Positions 25,601 through 37,333 of a stretch of DNA of 64,000 nucleotides are shown here, in pieces. The DNA is from a virus (lineage: Duplodnaviria > Caudoviricetes), in the IMG/VR virus record IMGVR_UViG_3300032038_000025, positions 32,001-96,000 of that record; one strand, 5' to 3'. The translations under genes were made by a program, and so were the position numbers. The notes below the pieces were generated by a model that worked only from the letters and a program-made list of their open reading frames with translations, was not told the origin of the DNA and ran no database searches. Each line of letters begins with the position of its first letter. The stretch's first letter is position 1.

Positions 25601-27226
25601 TCAACATTTGCTTAACCTAATTTTAATCTCTGTAAATGGTTTACCAAACCAACCTGCGGTTTGATTTCCATCACCAGACTCCCAATTGGTGTCGTGAATT
25701 TCAGAATAGTATTTGTTATTATCATAGGGTTTTACAGAATATACTGCTTCATAGTAAACCCCACCAGTTTTTGTTGTATCTGTAGTATAATAGATTTGAA
25801 TAGCATCTAAACTATTAACACCATTTCCTACCCACTGTCCATTAGAGTATTTTTTAGACCAACCTTTATTGAGGTAATGAACTCTATACTGAACAGAACC
25901 AGAAGAAACATTCATTTTAATTTTAAGAATACTGTCATTTGCTACACCTGCGGCGGCGCCGTTCTTTGCAGCTTTAAGGGTGCCGTGATTTCTTGTCTGA
26001 AGGGTGTAAGAGATTGTAGGTGCGGCGGTCGCCATTGAAGCGCTCGTATTACCAGTGGTTGTAATAGTCGTCTAAGCGGTGGTTGCCGCAGCTCCATACT
26101 TCGGACGAGCATATCCTCGAATGTTGCCATCGCCTATTGTATAATAGCATCTTCTTACAGCATTATTACTATTTCCTTCAATAGTAACAATTGTCTTACC
26201 ATTCACGGTCTCGACAATACCAATGTGGTCTGCAAAACCATCATTGGGCTGAGTAGAATCGTCCCAGTTAAAGGTAATAATATCACCCGCTTTGGGAATA
26301 ATGCTTCCATCTTCATACCAAATTCCTTTAGCTTTGAATAATTGTATATGCCTTTCAACGCCACATTCTGTTCCACCAATTAGATCAGTGGCACCAGCCT
26401 TGATAAACGCAGCAGAAAGAGTGGCATCACACCATGCATCATACATGGAAAGAGCCACACCAAGAGCGAGAGGTTTATGATTGTTGTATGTATTAATAAC
26501 ATCTGCATGAGCATTGGCATTGTTAATCCATCCACGGTAAACATTCAGTACCTGTTCTGCGGTCACGCCAGTTTTAGCTTTTGCTTTTGTTGTAGTCTTT
26601 GACGAAGAAGATTTCTGCGCATACTTTTTCCAGTCGGCGGCAGTGCCATAAAAAATATTGAGATCCAGATTGGAATTATATCCATTTAATCTTCCTGCGC
26701 CAGTATACTGATAGATTGCAACCTTACCAAAAGTTCCCCAACCATTAGCGTCAGTCCAAGGATTAGATTGATATCCGTATACTAAATTATGATTTGCGTA
26801 TTGCGCACACCAAAGTGGGTATCCCGCAGAACCAACCGACGCCGCAAGAGGAACAATACTTTTGCTTGTATAAAGGAAAGGCTTTACACCAGAAAGTTTA
26901 TAAAACTCATCCATTAAATTTTTAAGATAAGAAATATTGTTCCAAGCACTATTTTGATAAGACTACCAATCAATAGCCATAATAGCTTTTCCAATATAAT
27001 TTTTTACTTTATTATAGAAAAACTTCGCCTATGCGGCAGCTCCACCGCCACCAACATAATGATAACACCCCGCAAGTTTACCTCTATTTAGCACAGTGTC
27101 GATCTTATAAAAATCAGGATTGATATATGTTGTACCTTGCGTTGCCTTAACAATACAAAAATCATATGGTATCTTGGTTACATCTACTGAGTTATTTGAA
27201 GAAATATCAACTCCATTTAATGCCAT
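25601..27226 (-). CDS. Endolysin: GH25 muramidase + CHAP + C-terminal cell-wall-binding domain, 541 aa, 3 TAG
   Basis: GVDISS, VKATQG, AIDW[TAG]SYQN, LDLN; CHAP WCDA...DHIGIV...IEGN; TAG at 27029, 26963 and 26072. Confidence 0.9.
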
Positions 27227-27240
27227 ATAAATACCTCCTT

Positions 27241-27272
27241 AAAAAAGAAAGGAGAGAAATAAATCTCTCCTT
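27241..27272 (-). terminator. Hairpin/terminator between holin and endolysin
   Basis: aaggagaga-aataaa-tctctcctt with a U tract on the minus strand. Confidence 0.55.
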
Positions 27273-27285
27273 AATTAATAGTTAC

Positions 27286-27555
27286 TTAATCTAATGTCTG
27301 TGTTTTCTTAATCAGCTGATTAATGCCAGTTGCGGCAAAGCCAGATACAATGCCGATCGCAAGCGCATTAATAATATCTGCCGCAGGAAAGTCTGGCATG
27401 ACAAACATTCCAATCACACCAAGAATTGCTCCTGCAACTCCCATGATAGATGGGATGCGATCGTTGTTAATCTGTGTCCACTCCTTGACAATATAGCCAA
27501 TAAGATAGCAGATAATTGTAATTCCTGCAACACTAACGATACCTAAAGATTCCAT
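27286..27555 (-). CDS. Holin (A118-like)
   Basis: Three hydrophobic segments; IPSIMGVAGAILG, GIVSGFAATGINQ; adjacent to the endolysin. Confidence 0.8.
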   Translation of the reverse strand: MESLGIVSVAGITIICYLIGYIVKEWTQINNDRIPSIMGVAGAILGVIGMFVMPDFPAADIINALAIGIVSGFAATGINQLIKKTQTLD

Positions 27556-27568
27556 AATAATATCCCCC

Positions 27569-29908
27569 TTAACTAATATATTTATAATTAACTCCTGTTT
27601 CAAAAACAGAAGTCAAATCCGTTTGTTCAACCCAAGACCCATTGACTTTCTTATAAACCGTTCTACCTTCAACCCAAGATCCGTTCACTTTAATATAAAT
27701 AGTTCCAGTATTCGTAGTACAGGTAAGCACGATATTATGTGCGGCATTGATATTCGTTAACTTATAAATATAGTTAACGACTATCTTACCAGTCTTTGAA
27801 TCTGTGGTTTGTTCTTTCTCAAACACAATTGAGTTTCCATTATCCGCACCAGTGATTTCTGCGGTCGAGTCATCTGGCACTACAACGAGCGAATAATTCT
27901 GTCCCGCAAGCCTGACTACTTGACCATCTGGATACAATTTTGCACCAGTTCCAGAAGAGGTAATGAAGTAATAATCAACATCACCAAAGACAAATATCAG
28001 ACTATGTTTAGCATTGACATTGCTCAGTGTGTAAGTATATTCCCCACCGCCGCCTGTCGCTTCAATTTCAACCTTGAACTGCAATGAGTCATTACCATTA
28101 TCTGTGTATTGGTCTTTAAAAAACTTAACATCAATATAATGACTTCCTGCGCTTACTGTATAAGTTAGTTCATGTTCAGCAGTTCCGTTAATAGAAGAGC
28201 AAGCCAATTCAACATCAGACGCATCATCAGCAGAAGAGGATGTGCTAAGAGCAGTGTCTAGCTTACCGAAGATACCATAGTCATATCCTGCCTCGGCATA
28301 GTTAATATACTTGAAGGTAATGATACAATCTGATTCCAAATTTAATGTGACTCTGGCAACAGCCGCAGAATTTGAAACGCCTTGGTTGTTTGACTCATAA
28401 TACCCATTGCTGTTTACTGCGAATCCATAGTTTGAACTTCTATTTGCAACAGAGTATGTATTTTTGGGAATGCCACCCTGTAGCTGACTAGTTATGTCAA
28501 CACCATTATCAAGAGCAAGCGTTAATTTTGTCTCAGTTGGGAAAATAGATATTGTCTGATTCGTTCCTTCTTGTACACGAGTTGTGCCGTTGGCGGGATC
28601 AGTTGTTGCATTGATACTTGATATGGTAATCGGGTAGTAAGTATATTGCGGATCTTCGTCTGGTGGAATAAATGGGCCAGACTCACCGATTGTTATAACG
28701 TGGTCTGCCGCAATTCCTGTTAACTCATACTCGTAATAATACTGGTCGCCGCTAGTTGGAATTTCATAAACAACTGTCCATGTTGCACCGACAACCGCAC
28801 CACCATAGTAACCAATAGTAAACCGCAGTTTTGCTTCTTGTAACTCGGCTCTTGTCCAAGTTCCTGCGGTCATAGTTATTGTGGAATTAGATGTCGTTGT
28901 AAATGATGACTCACTGCCTTTTGCGGTTGAACCAGAATAAAGTTGCAAATCCGCAACCTCGCTTGAATTTGACGTACTCTCACAGTGTCCTCTGACTTGT
29001 ACAGTAACAGAAGTAATCGTTGCATTTTCTGGAATACCGCTGAAGTCAAAAGAGTAATCAATGTGTGCGGTTGAGCCTTGAGAAGAACAGTAGTCACTTG
29101 AAGTGCCACCGCTAGTCTCAACGCCAACACCAATAGCATTTCGGTAGTTTGTGCTACTAATATTTCCGCTTGTTGTGGCATTTTCTGGATTTGCTTCAAT
29201 TGTGCCGCCAGTTACAACCTCTTTAAGAATAAGGCCGCCAGTGACATCAGTGCCATTATCTAAAACTTGAATGCCATCAAGCGAGTCGGTGTTGACCTTT
29301 ACAACAGCATCGCCGCCCTCCACAATTTCCTGCGTTGCGGGTTCGGCGGTTATTCCACTCACACTACTGGTCGCAGTGATTGTATAAGCCGTGCCTTGAA
29401 TAGTGTAACCAACCGTGAGTGTTGCACCATAAAATCTGCAAATATATGATGTCGAAGTTGTAGATGATGTACCTCTTGTGACGTACAGACGAATCTTTGC
29501 ATTTCGCAACTCTGCTAAAGTCCAAGAGCCAACTGATAAGGTTACTGTACTTGCATAGTTTGAAATAGTTGTTGCAGACCCTTTTGTCGTTGTTCCAGTA
29601 CACATCTGCATTTGACGAGTGCTGATATATCTTGAACTAGTTGTACTAACATAACCTTTTGCCTGACATGCAACAGAATTAATAGTCGCACCTTCTGGGA
29701 TTTTACTGGTGTCGAAGTTGTAATAAACATAAGTAGCAGCACCAGACCCAGTTGTAAGTACGAACTGGGCATAGCTACTACTTGTTGCATCCGTGTAGCC
29801 ATTGTCAATAGGATACGAGCTACTTACAGATGCATATCTTGAATTTGTTGTATCCAGTGAGGAAGGATGAAATGTTAAGCTATTACTTACGTCTACTTGT
29901 CTTGCCAT
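27569..29908 (-). CDS. Ser/Thr-rich virion fibre/adhesin with repeated beta-sandwich domains
   Basis: 779-aa ORF with duplicated FD.S.IPE.ATI.SV domain; no TAG. Confidence 0.65.
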   Translation of the reverse strand: MARQVDVSNSLTFHPSSLDTTNSRYASVSSSYPIDNGYTDATSSSYAQFVLTTGSGAATYVYYNFDTSKIPEGATINSVACQAKGYVSTTSSRYISTRQMQMCTGTTTKGSATTISNYASTVTLSVGSWTLAELRNAKIRLYVTRGTSSTTSTSYICRFYGATLTVGYTIQGTAYTITATSSVSGITAEPATQEIVEGGDAVVKVNTDSLDGIQVLDNGTDVTGGLILKEVVTGGTIEANPENATTSGNISSTNYRNAIGVGVETSGGTSSDYCSSQGSTAHIDYSFDFSGIPENATITSVTVQVRGHCESTSNSSEVADLQLYSGSTAKGSESSFTTTSNSTITMTAGTWTRAELQEAKLRFTIGYYGGAVVGATWTVVYEIPTSGDQYYYEYELTGIAADHVITIGESGPFIPPDEDPQYTYYPITISSINATTDPANGTTRVQEGTNQTISIFPTETKLTLALDNGVDITSQLQGGIPKNTYSVANRSSNYGFAVNSNGYYESNNQGVSNSAAVARVTLNLESDCIITFKYINYAEAGYDYGIFGKLDTALSTSSSADDASDVELACSSINGTAEHELTYTVSAGSHYIDVKFFKDQYTDNGNDSLQFKVEIEATGGGGEYTYTLSNVNAKHSLIFVFGDVDYYFITSSGTGAKLYPDGQVVRLAGQNYSLVVVPDDSTAEITGADNGNSIVFEKEQTTDSKTGKIVVNYIYKLTNINAAHNIVLTCTTNTGTIYIKVNGSWVEGRTVYKKVNGSWVEQTDLTSVFETGVNYKYIS

Positions 29909-29921
29909 TTAATCACACCCC

Positions 29922-31853
29922 TTACTGTTTAATCCAGATGTCACCATCATTGCCGCCTGAAGGGGAAGCACTTGAAACCGTGACAGTGGAATATGTTAAT
30001 GCCACATTCACACTGGCGAGATTGGTAACATCTACTGTACCATTTGCGGTAATTGTCTGACTGCCGCTTACTAATTCACTTGCGGTCACCGTCACCGCAG
30101 TACCATATTTCGTTCCACCGCTGATATAACCAGTGGTATTTGTCACGCTCGGTGTCACTGTGATTGAGTGATTGCTCACCGTTCCTTTGCTTGCGGACGG
30201 CGTTCCCGCTGAACCACTCGCAACAGATTTTGTAGCTTGTGCAGAATAGTATCCTGCGGGTACAGTAACTGTTGCGCCACTTACCGTAAGATCATCGCCG
30301 TCTCTCTGGGTAATTCCAGAACCAACATAGGTAGAACTAATTGCACCAACCTTCACGATGCCTGTCGTATAAACTCCTGCGGCAACCGCATTTTGTTCAG
30401 ACTCGGTTGGAGTGACTGTTTTCGCCGCCTGTGTTGTAAGCTGAAGAGTTCCAGTTGTTGTTCCTGCGCTAACATATCCTGCCGCCTGTGTGTGACTTGC
30501 CGTCACAAGGCCAGTAGTAGAGTTGACAGAAGCAGTTGGATTAGCATGAGTTGCAGTTGCCACTGATTTAGTTTCCTGCTCCGCATAGTATCCAGATGGC
30601 ACGGTGATAGTTGCGCCAGAGGCGGTGAGATCCGTCTCATCTCTCTGAGTGATATCAGAGCCTACATATGTCGATGAAATCGCTCCCACCTTCACTACAC
30701 CAGTGGTATACATGCCAGAAGCAACTGCGGTCTGCTCACTCTCAGTCGGTGTGACAGTTTTTGCGGCTTGGGTTGTAAGCTGTTGAGTAGCTGAACCACT
30801 CACAGTAATCGTCCCCGCTGTTCCCGCACTCACATATCCTGCGCTCACCGTTGGTGTGACGCTCTTTGTTGCCGAAGCTGTCGCAGTAATCTTACCATCT
30901 GAACCAACACTAATGGTTGGGTTTGCAGTAACTGTTGTTGCAGGAGTTGTTGCGCTACCAGAAGGCATTGCATTAATCTGAACACTAGAAAGACCATCAT
31001 AACCAGAGTCGGCTGTGATGGTCTGACTTGATGTTGTTGGATTAATGTTGGTTTTTGCTTGGAGAGATGGAGCAGAAGAGGAGACATTAACATTAGCACT
31101 CGCATAATTCGTTACATCATGCGTTCCGTTCGATGTAATGTTGATTGTTCCTGTGGGGGTGATGCCACCACTTGTATCTCCATCATATGTTGTAATTACT
31201 TCACCAGTTTCATAATGTATTAATTTAACTGTTGTGTTGGTCGCAAGATCTTTCATAAATCCGGCTGATGTCATATCTATATTAACAAAAGCTGTTATAT
31301 GTAAACCATCTGTGCTACCAACGCTATTAACTGTAATTCCCGGAGGTACTGGACAATCATTTCTATAGTAACCGGCACCACTCCAATATGGCCCACCAAA
31401 TCTACCAAGAACTAATTCTGTTAAGTTAGTATTATTAAAAACATAATGTTGCGCTTCAAAATAATCAACGGAAGACCCTTGATAATACACAGAAGTTGGC
31501 GCTAAAATTAATCGTTTTAAATTTGGGTATTTTTCAATAGAAAATTGATTATTACTGCCGCTAGAATAAAAGGTCTGGCCAGCACCAGTTTTTATAACTT
31601 TTCCAGTTAATGTTAAATTAACTAAATGTTCCATATTGCCATATGTATTAAGCGCATCATAAGAATACTTACCACCCATATCAATAATCATGGTTTCAGT
31701 ATACTTCTTACCAGTGCTAGATGTATATACGGTCTCGCCACTAATAGTATCTTCTTCTCGTCTATATGTTAACACATTTCCGCCATTGTCGGTGGCCTTG
31801 AAGCCTGCGACATTTGTAAATTCTCTTCCGAATATTTGTAATGTATCGCTCAT
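29922..31853 (-). CDS. Thr-rich tail fibre-like protein with internal duplication
   Basis: 643 aa; QLTTQAAKTVTPTESEQ...TVP.GYY occurs twice; C-terminal SPSGGNDGDIWIK. Confidence 0.65.
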   Translation of the reverse strand: MSDTLQIFGREFTNVAGFKATDNGGNVLTYRREEDTISGETVYTSSTGKKYTETMIIDMGGKYSYDALNTYGNMEHLVNLTLTGKVIKTGAGQTFYSSGSNNQFSIEKYPNLKRLILAPTSVYYQGSSVDYFEAQHYVFNNTNLTELVLGRFGGPYWSGAGYYRNDCPVPPGITVNSVGSTDGLHITAFVNIDMTSAGFMKDLATNTTVKLIHYETGEVITTYDGDTSGGITPTGTINITSNGTHDVTNYASANVNVSSSAPSLQAKTNINPTTSSQTITADSGYDGLSSVQINAMPSGSATTPATTVTANPTISVGSDGKITATASATKSVTPTVSAGYVSAGTAGTITVSGSATQQLTTQAAKTVTPTESEQTAVASGMYTTGVVKVGAISSTYVGSDITQRDETDLTASGATITVPSGYYAEQETKSVATATHANPTASVNSTTGLVTASHTQAAGYVSAGTTTGTLQLTTQAAKTVTPTESEQNAVAAGVYTTGIVKVGAISSTYVGSGITQRDGDDLTVSGATVTVPAGYYSAQATKSVASGSAGTPSASKGTVSNHSITVTPSVTNTTGYISGGTKYGTAVTVTASELVSGSQTITANGTVDVTNLASVNVALTYSTVTVSSASPSGGNDGDIWIKQ

Positions 31854-31868
31854 CAGTTAGCCACCTCC

Positions 31869-32762
31869 TTAATTATTTATTGCCGTTCCATCGGCGTATT
31901 GTGTCTCGTATATTGATCCTTCGATGGGAAGGATTTGATTATTTGAATTTTGTGTTAAAAATGTAGACCAATTATTAGCGGACTGATAAGAAGATATGAG
32001 CGCAGATGGGACATAAAGTGTACCGCCAGAACCACCAGAGGCAAATTGCCCACAACTTGTCCAGCCATTCATTCCATCTAGTGTTGAAACTCCAGATGTT
32101 CTTCGTATTATTATTGTATGAATAGGAAAGGTATTATTCATTCCATTAAAAACCCAACCAGAAAATCTAGAACAATTATTTCCCAAATCAATAATCTCTC
32201 CTCTAAATGTAGAAAAGATATTTGTTCCTGCTAATGTAAGTGCAGGAAGAACAACTGCTTTTACAGCAGTATTATAAAAAACTTGTTGTCCAGTAGCTGT
32301 TACCTTTGGAAAAATGCAACTTGCTAATTTTGGACAATCAGCAAAAGTTCTCATGTTTAGATAGGTAAGTTCAGGAAAAGAAACATTAACCAAATTACTA
32401 CATTTACTAAATGCGTATTCTCCGCATGTCGTTACATTTGGGGCAGATATAGATGTTATATTTGCATCATTATAAAATCTATAGTCTTTAATATATGTTA
32501 CATTCGTTCTTATATCTCCAACGGGTTCTACGCCAGAAATATAATCATCAAGTGAGTACATTAACTTTCCACTGCCCATTCCATCCTTATCCAACACCAA
32601 ATACCCATCCGCATCCTGCGTCACTTTGCCAGTAAATATTCCATCCACCGCCGCCTTCATCTGAGCAATCGTCATAGGAAGGTTTGCGCCAGACTTCTCA
32701 GATATACTAACTGCAAGACCATCAAGTTTTGTTTTTGTTACAATTAATTTTTCGTCTGCCAT
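31869..32762 (-). CDS. BspA-type leucine-rich-repeat protein
   Basis: AFSKCSNLVNVSFP, TFADCPKL, LYVPSALISSYQSANNW. Confidence 0.75.
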   Translation of the reverse strand: MADEKLIVTKTKLDGLAVSISEKSGANLPMTIAQMKAAVDGIFTGKVTQDADGYLVLDKDGMGSGKLMYSLDDYISGVEPVGDIRTNVTYIKDYRFYNDANITSISAPNVTTCGEYAFSKCSNLVNVSFPELTYLNMRTFADCPKLASCIFPKVTATGQQVFYNTAVKAVVLPALTLAGTNIFSTFRGEIIDLGNNCSRFSGWVFNGMNNTFPIHTIIIRRTSGVSTLDGMNGWTSCGQFASGGSGGTLYVPSALISSYQSANNWSTFLTQNSNNQILPIEGSIYETQYADGTAINN

Positions 32763-32777
32763 AAGACCCTCCTTTCA

Positions 32778-34592
32778 TTAACGTGCTACTAATGAAGCCT
32801 CATAGTCTGAAGCCTTTATAATTCTTGTTACTAAAGTTGTATTATTCCACGGTGCAGTTGCAATCCACGTATCATATAGTGCATCGGGGACAACAATTTT
32901 TTGTTTTGTATTACTATTTAAAATAAAGGCATTTGCGTTATCAAGAGTTGGAACAGCAGTATGATCTCTAAAATCAACTACACATAAATGAAAACATTCT
33001 CTAAATGTATCGGTAGGAATCGTTGTAATACTTGCGGGAATTTTTATATAATTTAATGCAGTATAACAATATCCAAAATATGGCATATATGTACAATTAG
33101 TAAATGTAATATTAGATGGGTCTAAATTCCAACAGGTAGACGCAAAATTCTGTACATTAGTTTTTGTAACCAGCTTAGGAAGATTAATATTTGCTTTTAT
33201 AGTTTGTAACGCTGTGCAGTTAGAAAACATTGTTTTAATTGTTGTTGCGTTTGTAAAACTAAAATCTGAAATATCTATTTCCTTTAATAAGGTACATTCT
33301 TGAAACATTGCCTCAAAATTAGTTACGCTTGAAGTATCCCAATTTTTATTTCTTATTATCTTTTTCAATGATCTACAATATTGAAACATATATCCAAAAT
33401 TAGTTGCTTTATTTGAAACATTAAAATTACTTAAATCAATTTCTTTAAGAGAAATGCACCCAGAAAACATACTATTATAATTTTGAACATTATCAGTTAT
33501 AAAACCACTTAAATCTAAATGTTCTAAATGTCTGCAATAAGAAAACATTGAATTAAGATAAATTAATACAGTGGTAGTCTGCCATTTAGAAGAATTTAAA
33601 TATCTTAAATTATAATCATTAGAAAACATACTATCCATGCGGGTCGCCTTTGTAAAATTAAAATCTTCAATACCTTTTATTTCACAAAGACAAACACAAT
33701 CTTTAAATGCTCCATCAAATCTTATTACACTGCTTGTATCCCATCCACTTAAATCGAGGTTTACAATGTTTGAACAGTTTTGAAATATGCCTGTTAAATC
33801 AGTACATTTATTGCTTACATCATGTGGAAGATATATTTCTTGTATAGACGACATAAAATAAAACATATACTGCAAAGATGTTATATTTGCAAAACTGCAA
33901 ATAGACAAATCTACATATCTTAATGATTTATTTCTTACATGTCTATATGAATTAGAACAATTACCATTTGGCTTTGCATTCATTACAGTGTCAGCAACCG
34001 TTAAATGTGTAATCCAAGAATCACTAGTACCAGCTATATAATTTGAAGTAGGGAAAATAGCAGTATGGTTTGGCATATTACAATATCTTTCCACGCATGG
34101 CTGATCTGTAGCTCCATAAGTATAACTTGAGTCTTCATCTGCCATATATGAAAATCTAAAACTAGTTATACTTGAACCACTCTGAGGAGTAATTTTATAA
34201 ACTACATAATCTCCTTCATCTGTTGGTAAAGTTTGCTGAAATACCGTATTACTGTCTTGATCAGTAGAAAATACAGATGTAAATATTCCGTTATTTAACG
34301 AACCACGTTCTACATGATATGCACCTACCACTTTAATGGATATAAAATTATAAGTACCCACTCCATATGTGCAGTCATATGTCAAATAAATAACCTCCTG
34401 ATTAGTCAAATCCACTTTGGAGTAGTCTGGCCAATCAGAAGGTCTTTCCCATTTCTTAACTCTTACATTATGCAAATCTTTAATTGCTTCGTCCATCTCA
34501 CGAGGTTTGTATGTTGCGGTTTCGCCGTTCCGATCTCTGATCGCATCCGCAATATTCGTAAAGACGCTGTCATCTATATATACTTTACTCAT
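32778..34592 (-). CDS. DUF285/BspA-like surface-repeat protein
   Basis: Tandem LDLSGWDTSSV..(M)F..C..L repeats; IVVPDALYDTW C-terminus. Confidence 0.75.
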   Translation of the reverse strand: MSKVYIDDSVFTNIADAIRDRNGETATYKPREMDEAIKDLHNVRVKKWERPSDWPDYSKVDLTNQEVIYLTYDCTYGVGTYNFISIKVVGAYHVERGSLNNGIFTSVFSTDQDSNTVFQQTLPTDEGDYVVYKITPQSGSSITSFRFSYMADEDSSYTYGATDQPCVERYCNMPNHTAIFPTSNYIAGTSDSWITHLTVADTVMNAKPNGNCSNSYRHVRNKSLRYVDLSICSFANITSLQYMFYFMSSIQEIYLPHDVSNKCTDLTGIFQNCSNIVNLDLSGWDTSSVIRFDGAFKDCVCLCEIKGIEDFNFTKATRMDSMFSNDYNLRYLNSSKWQTTTVLIYLNSMFSYCRHLEHLDLSGFITDNVQNYNSMFSGCISLKEIDLSNFNVSNKATNFGYMFQYCRSLKKIIRNKNWDTSSVTNFEAMFQECTLLKEIDISDFSFTNATTIKTMFSNCTALQTIKANINLPKLVTKTNVQNFASTCWNLDPSNITFTNCTYMPYFGYCYTALNYIKIPASITTIPTDTFRECFHLCVVDFRDHTAVPTLDNANAFILNSNTKQKIVVPDALYDTWIATAPWNNTTLVTRIIKASDYEASLVAR

Positions 34593-37042
34593 TAATAACT
34601 CACCTCGCTTGCGTCATCAAATCCATACGATGCTGTATCTCCATCACCATACTGTGCGAGAGCCGCAGTGATAAGTTCATTCACTTGCGAAGCTGTCATG
34701 TAGGGAGATGTAGTATTTACCCACTTGGAGGTTGTACCATCGTAGGTTAGTATTTGTCCTGTTGCGGGAGAGGCGATATTAGTATCACTGAGACCAGACA
34801 AATTTGGCGATACACCTGCGGTTGCCGCATCCACATACTGCTTAGTAGCAACATCCATATTCTCAGTTGGGCCAGTACCTACCGTCAGCTTACCTGCATA
34901 CCAACCATTACCGCTCCAGTCGAGAGTGTAGGCGTTGGAACGGGCAGAATCAGATGTGCCGTTACCTACGATGTCAGCATAAGTTCCTGCGGTGTCTTCG
35001 ATATTATATTTACCTTGAACATGTTGATTATTAGAAGATGCAATAGTATTACTTCCCTCTGCATGGGTATTAATACCTTTTGCAGTTGTTAAAAATCCTT
35101 CCGCATGTGTATTACTTCCTGATGCCGTTGTAGCTCGTCCTTCGGCATGAGTTGCATAACCATTAGAAATAGTGGACATTCCCTCTGCGTGTGAACCTTG
35201 TTGAGATGCAGTTGTTATCAAAGCTATATAATAAGTTTTATTAGAAATTGCCGTAGTTGAAGACAATGTTTTATCTAAAGTAATAGTTTTATTTTCAGCA
35301 TCAATATTGGTTATCTCATAACTCGACGATAGTAAATTATTACTTGACCAAATTTCTTTTCGACCAGAATAATTAACAAAATAATCTTCTAAATTTTGTG
35401 TATAAGTGTAAGATGTTGAACCTGCATCTCCCGTTAAAGAAATGGCTTCTACACATGGACATCCTTCTGAATGACTTAACATTCCAGTTGAAACACTTCT
35501 GCCTTCTGCATGAGAACCGCTTCCAGAAGCAAACGTCTTATTGCCTTCTGCATGAGAATAATAACCAGAAGCTGTTGTATGATATCCTTCTGCATGAGAA
35601 GAATCCCCATCTGCGACAGTGCCACTACCTTCTGCATGAGAAGCGGGGGAAGAGGCTATTGTGCCACTACCTTCTGCATGAGAAGAGGAGAAAGAGGCAA
35701 TAGAGTTACTTCCCTCTGCGTGCGCATTAAGTCCAAGCGCTTTTGTATTGATACCTTCTGCGTGAGAATTTTCACCAGCAGCAAACGTCTTATTGCCTTC
35801 TGATGTTGTTTTTGGTCCAATTGCTTTTTTATATTGATAATATAAAGTTCCTACAACAGAAGAATAGGTATATCTATCAATAGGTATAATATCGTTATTA
35901 AATTGAATAACATTATTTGTTGTATCAATACTTAAAACAGCACGATAAGTATTTATATCAGATGAATTTCCATTATAAGTTTGTGTATATTGTAAATTAC
36001 ATACATAATACATCTTAGTCAATATATCTGACACAGGTTGTATTATATCATCCTCAGTAGTATATGTTACAGTATCAGTTGCAGTAGTTGGAAAATCAAA
36101 AGTGATATGATATATCGCTGCATTTTCACTCTGTTCAAGTTGTCCAATCATGACAGAGTTTTCTCCGTCCCCCGCTCTAATAGCGGGACGATTAAGTACA
36201 TAAGCGGGATCTCCGTCAAGATCCTCATTCCAATCAGAGTTCTCAACTGTGATGTTACTTATTGTACATTGATATTTTCCCACTATCTCTTCTGGTGCAC
36301 TAGAAGGAACTTGAGTGTTAGTAACAGTAATTAATATATTTCCATTGGAAAATCTGGTTTCAGTTTCCGAACTAAATATAAGCTGATAAGTACCATTATC
36401 AACATTAACACCATCAGCAACAATTCCGATTATTCGCGGTAAGTCTGTTATATATATTCCATAAATCCTCGAAGGACTTTTATCTGAGACCATTACTGTT
36501 GCTGAGTTATTATCAGAAAGATTTACAATTAAAGGTTTTATCTCATTCTCATCAATTGCATTATCCACATATTTCTTAGTAGCAACGTCCATATTAGTAG
36601 TGGGATTAGCTCCTACTGTCAGTTTACCTGCAAGAACTTCATTTCCGTTCCAATCAAGGGTTCTCGCATTTGAACGGGCGTCATCTGACGTTCCTTTGCC
36701 AACTATTTCAACATATGTACCACGATTATACATGCCACCAGATACCATATCCGCAACATTATATTCACCAAAAACATGTTGTGACCTATGATTGGCTATT
36801 GTACAATTTCCTTCTGCATGAGAATACTAACCAGAAGATGCGGTAGCCCCACCTTCTATAATAGAATAATCTCCACCACCAGCATTAATATTTGGTTTAT
36901 TCTTTATATAACTTACACTGTCAACGTCATATTCGCTCCAATCACTTTGCCCAGTATTTTGATTCACATATTCAACTGTTTTCGCCAATGCCAAAGAGAG
37001 ACCTTGTAAATCAACTGGCTTTTTTAAAGTTTCTTGATCCAT
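34592..37042 (-). CDS. Fibre with YadA-head-like SHAEG repeats, 816 aa, 1 TAG
   Basis: 36827-37042 joins 34592-36748 across TAG 36827 (SG[TAG]YSHAEG); many (S/T)HAEG repeats. Confidence 0.8.
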
Positions 37043-37060
37043 GTATTAGTCCCTCCTTTC

Positions 37061-37333
37061 TTAAACTGGGCCACCACTATCCTTGCCCCACGTTCCATAA
37101 TCAGAATTATAATAATATAAATTTGAATTCCATGAACCAATAACAGTTACAGTAACTTCATTCATCTGATCAAGTTCGTTAAACTTCTTGTATGTTATTT
37201 GTAAATTTGTACCACTTTCCTCAGAAGGATGAATGGCGACAACTGGAGTATATAACCCATTCGACAATTGAATGACTGGATACATGCCATTAACTACTTT
37301 ATATAAAATCTCATTTAAATTCGCCATATCCAT
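37061..37333 (-). CDS. Hypothetical protein
   Basis: RBS GGAGG; coupled to upstream gene. Confidence 0.6.
   Translation of the reverse strand: MDMANLNEILYKVVNGMYPVIQLSNGLYTPVVAIHPSEESGTNLQITYKKFNELDQMNEVTVTVIGSWNSNLYYYNSDYGTWGKDSGGPV

Noticed and set aside
35430-35790. CRISPR-like periodic repeat (ccttctgcatgaga every ~42 bp)
   Set aside because: Coding SHAEG 14-aa YadA-like repeats
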